A stretch of DNA of 49,500 nucleotides, the filler included, from Sphacelaria rigidula (Eukaryota), in NCBI GenBank assembly GCA_964200075.2. It is 3 parts of 3 records of this genome, joined end to end, with 100 filler letters (N's around TTAATTAATTAA, not from the genome) between each part and the next. Parts side by side here need not be neighbours in the genome. Positions count along the whole stretch, not along the records: positions 33,069 to 49,500 come from CAXNAA020001365.1; 2 more parts are not named here. The stretch is one strand, 5' to 3'. Position numbers and translations under genes: made by a program. Within the stretch, counting starts at the first letter, position 1. Each line of letters opens with the position of its first letter. Of the stretch, positions 47,335 to 49,500 are shown in pieces. The notes below the pieces were generated by a model. That model was given only the letters and a program-made list of their open reading frames with translations, did no database searches and was not told the DNA's origin.

Positions 47335-49500
47335 AAACCGTGCACACGTAAGGCGTCAGGGTGGAGAGGTACCAGGCGCACCTTGTGGCTCGGGGATGAT
47401 TTGTCCAATGTGGGCTGGTAAACTGCCAACGTCTCATGTCTAGCCGTGGTGCTCGACGTCATCCGCACCCTTTTGGGGTCGACCGCCTTTCGAACTTGCG
47501 ACATAGGGATGCTCAACTTCGCGGAGGCATATGTCAATGCAGCATTACAAAAAGGCGTATGACCAGAACGACCGGACTACAGAGTGGTCAAGGCCAACAA
47601 AGCGAGACATTAAGCGCACATCCGCGGTATCTCCGTGGAGCTGGGGCTGCCAAAAGATATCACGACCCCGGAGTGCGACAAAGCCGGCACGATCCAGACC
47701 GCGGCCATCACGGGCTTCAGCGGGCGCGCAAGACAAGTGGACGTAAAGCTCAAGCCTACAAGAGACTATGTCGACAAGGCACTGTTCAACTTCGACCTCG
47801 TACCCTCGATCGAACGACATGCCAATGTTCTCACTAGGCGGCTCGGGGGGCTGACGGTGGATGATTCATCAATGTAGCTCAAGCGCGACGGGAGTGTGTG
47901 TATGAGCTCTTGCGTAACCACGACAAACACATGGGAAAGTGTGCCCAGTTGCGGGCATGGAATGAGATGCCGCACACAGGGCACTGCTCGTATCAGTATT
48001 GAAGTAAGTGAGAGTCTTCAGTAAGTTTCAGGTTAGTTCAGCTGCATGCACAACAACAAGAGTCATTTGAGAACCAAGTAGGAGGCCTGGTTCGGATAGG
48101 ATAGCACGGCTAGGGCTGTATCGTCACTCGTGAAAACAACACGATAGCAAACCGGGAAAAGTCAGCAGTGCTAGTTCAGAGTGAATCGCATCGAAATGGT
48201 AGCCAGTGTGGAGTACTGACTCGTGGGTCAACACTTAATAATGGAACGTTGGGCCCCACCCAGGTCAAAGTAACTCATCTCCTAAATAAATGCGATATAT
48301 CGAAAGTCGCGGTCGCTGCCGGTACTCGTATCAATAAAACGGACAACTCCAGTAACTCATCAAATCTGTCTGATGATACATATATAGGGATTTATCTGCA
48401 GTGATGATGATGTGTGTATTATGACAAATATTCAGAGTTGACAGCAAAACCAATCATGTGAATACACGAGGTCGTAGCGTGTCAGGCCGAGCGAAAGGGT
48501 TCTCTAATATTTCGACTCTGCGAAATGCGACCTGGGGTTAGTTGGGTTCCACATCCCCTGTTACGAGTTGTATCAGTTTGGCCCATTTCTTGGGGGAGCG
48601 TATGGTAGAGAGGGTGTCATATCTGAGATGTTCTTCGGGAACTTTTCTGACACGATCTCCACGGAGACTGTAGGAATCGCCTCTGTAAAGAGTACCAACA
48701 GTAAAACCAAATAAATATTGGACAATGCTCACACACGGGATGCTGCACCCGATACGTCGGTCATGACAGCCCTACTATCCTGGTACAATAACGACGATGT
48801 GGCGTGCGTCGTAGCTCTCGGTCAAAAAGCAACGTAAACGTGGTTTGGGTTGAGTCTGTCCAAGGTGGATGAGACCGAAGGTTTTTTCGTCGACTCAAGC
48901 CGCGAATTGTTTCTATTGATTAATTGTCGCACTTTTACTGACCCCCCAGGGGTCCAGCCGTGGTCTCATGATGGACGTACCCAAGAAAAACGAACTGAAA
49001 GTGATATATTGAAATATTGAACTTTCCGCGCGAGTGTACATTGATTGCGATAGGATTACGGTTTCTTTGGAGGCGACTACATTTCCCACCGTGCTGCCCT
49101 GAAATCGATACTAATAGAGAGGCTGGCTGGAAGGCTGCGATACCCTTGTAGCTCTATTAACTTTGGCCAAATTACAGAGGCTCCCTTACAATGAGGTGAA
49201 ATATACTGCGTTGTGCACTTGCGACCGAACACTCGCTCACGGAGGCGTTTGGGTATGCGAGGACTCCTTGCACCAGGTTAGGTGCGGAAGATCAAGGAGT
49301 GGAGATCCCAAGAACCCTAGGATGGTATTTGATCATGGCCTTCATCAATTTCTGCTGTCCATTTCATTCGCTGAGCTGAAGACGCTGGGAGAGTGAGCGG
49401 GGGGGGGGGGGGGGGGGGGGTTGCGTATTGTTTGGTCTGAAGTGCCCACGTCCCGAACTCCCCTCCCGGCTCCATGGCGGAGGGGGGGGGGGGGGTGGGG

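Larger units (their letters stand above)
44323..48375 (+). mobile_element. Decayed, internally deleted Ty1/copia retrotransposon 2
   Basis: 5' LTR ends ~45184, followed by GATTATGAGTC (resembles the copia internal-tRNAiMet PBS GGTTATGAGCC). Integrase region duplicates element 1. RT start (AEAYVNAALQKGV) is fused by deletion to RNase H (GFSGRARQVDVK...ANVLTRRL). 3' LTR ~47895-48375. 5' boundary is uncertain. Confidence 0.8.

Noticed and set aside
1..49500. Functional linkage among the amidase, cyclin, plastid-protein and PH genes
   Set aside because: They sit on artificially concatenated contigs and have unrelated functions.

Overview
Eukaryotic, intron-rich and repeat-rich DNA. A brown alga (Phaeophyceae/stramenopile) is inferred from long TE-filled GT-AG introns, microsatellite-coded low-complexity exons and a heterokont-type signal peptide + GSAF motif. 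The window is not contiguous: three unrelated ~16.43 kb contigs (1-16435, 16536-32968, 33069-49500) are joined by artificial 100-nt N44-TTAATTAATTAA-N44 linkers. Contig 1 holds the first two exons of a membrane-anchored amidase-signature (FAAH-like) gene, separated by an 11.9 kb intron packed with TIR elements, SINEs and an unexplained degenerate block. Contig 2 holds two exons of a PHO80/U-type cyclin (minus), two exons of a probable plastid-targeted protein (plus), and many MITEs (hAT- and piggyBac-like). Contig 3 holds three exons of a large coiled-coil/low-complexity protein with a split C-terminal PH domain (minus), plus two decayed Ty1/copia elements that share a ~1.5 kb near-identical tract inside otherwise very diverged sequence. 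I cannot support a new biological system here. The best leads are the copia homogenisation tract, a pre-miRNA-like hairpin, two short retroposon families, a degenerate 2A-like motif and the split PH domain. All alignments were made by eye.
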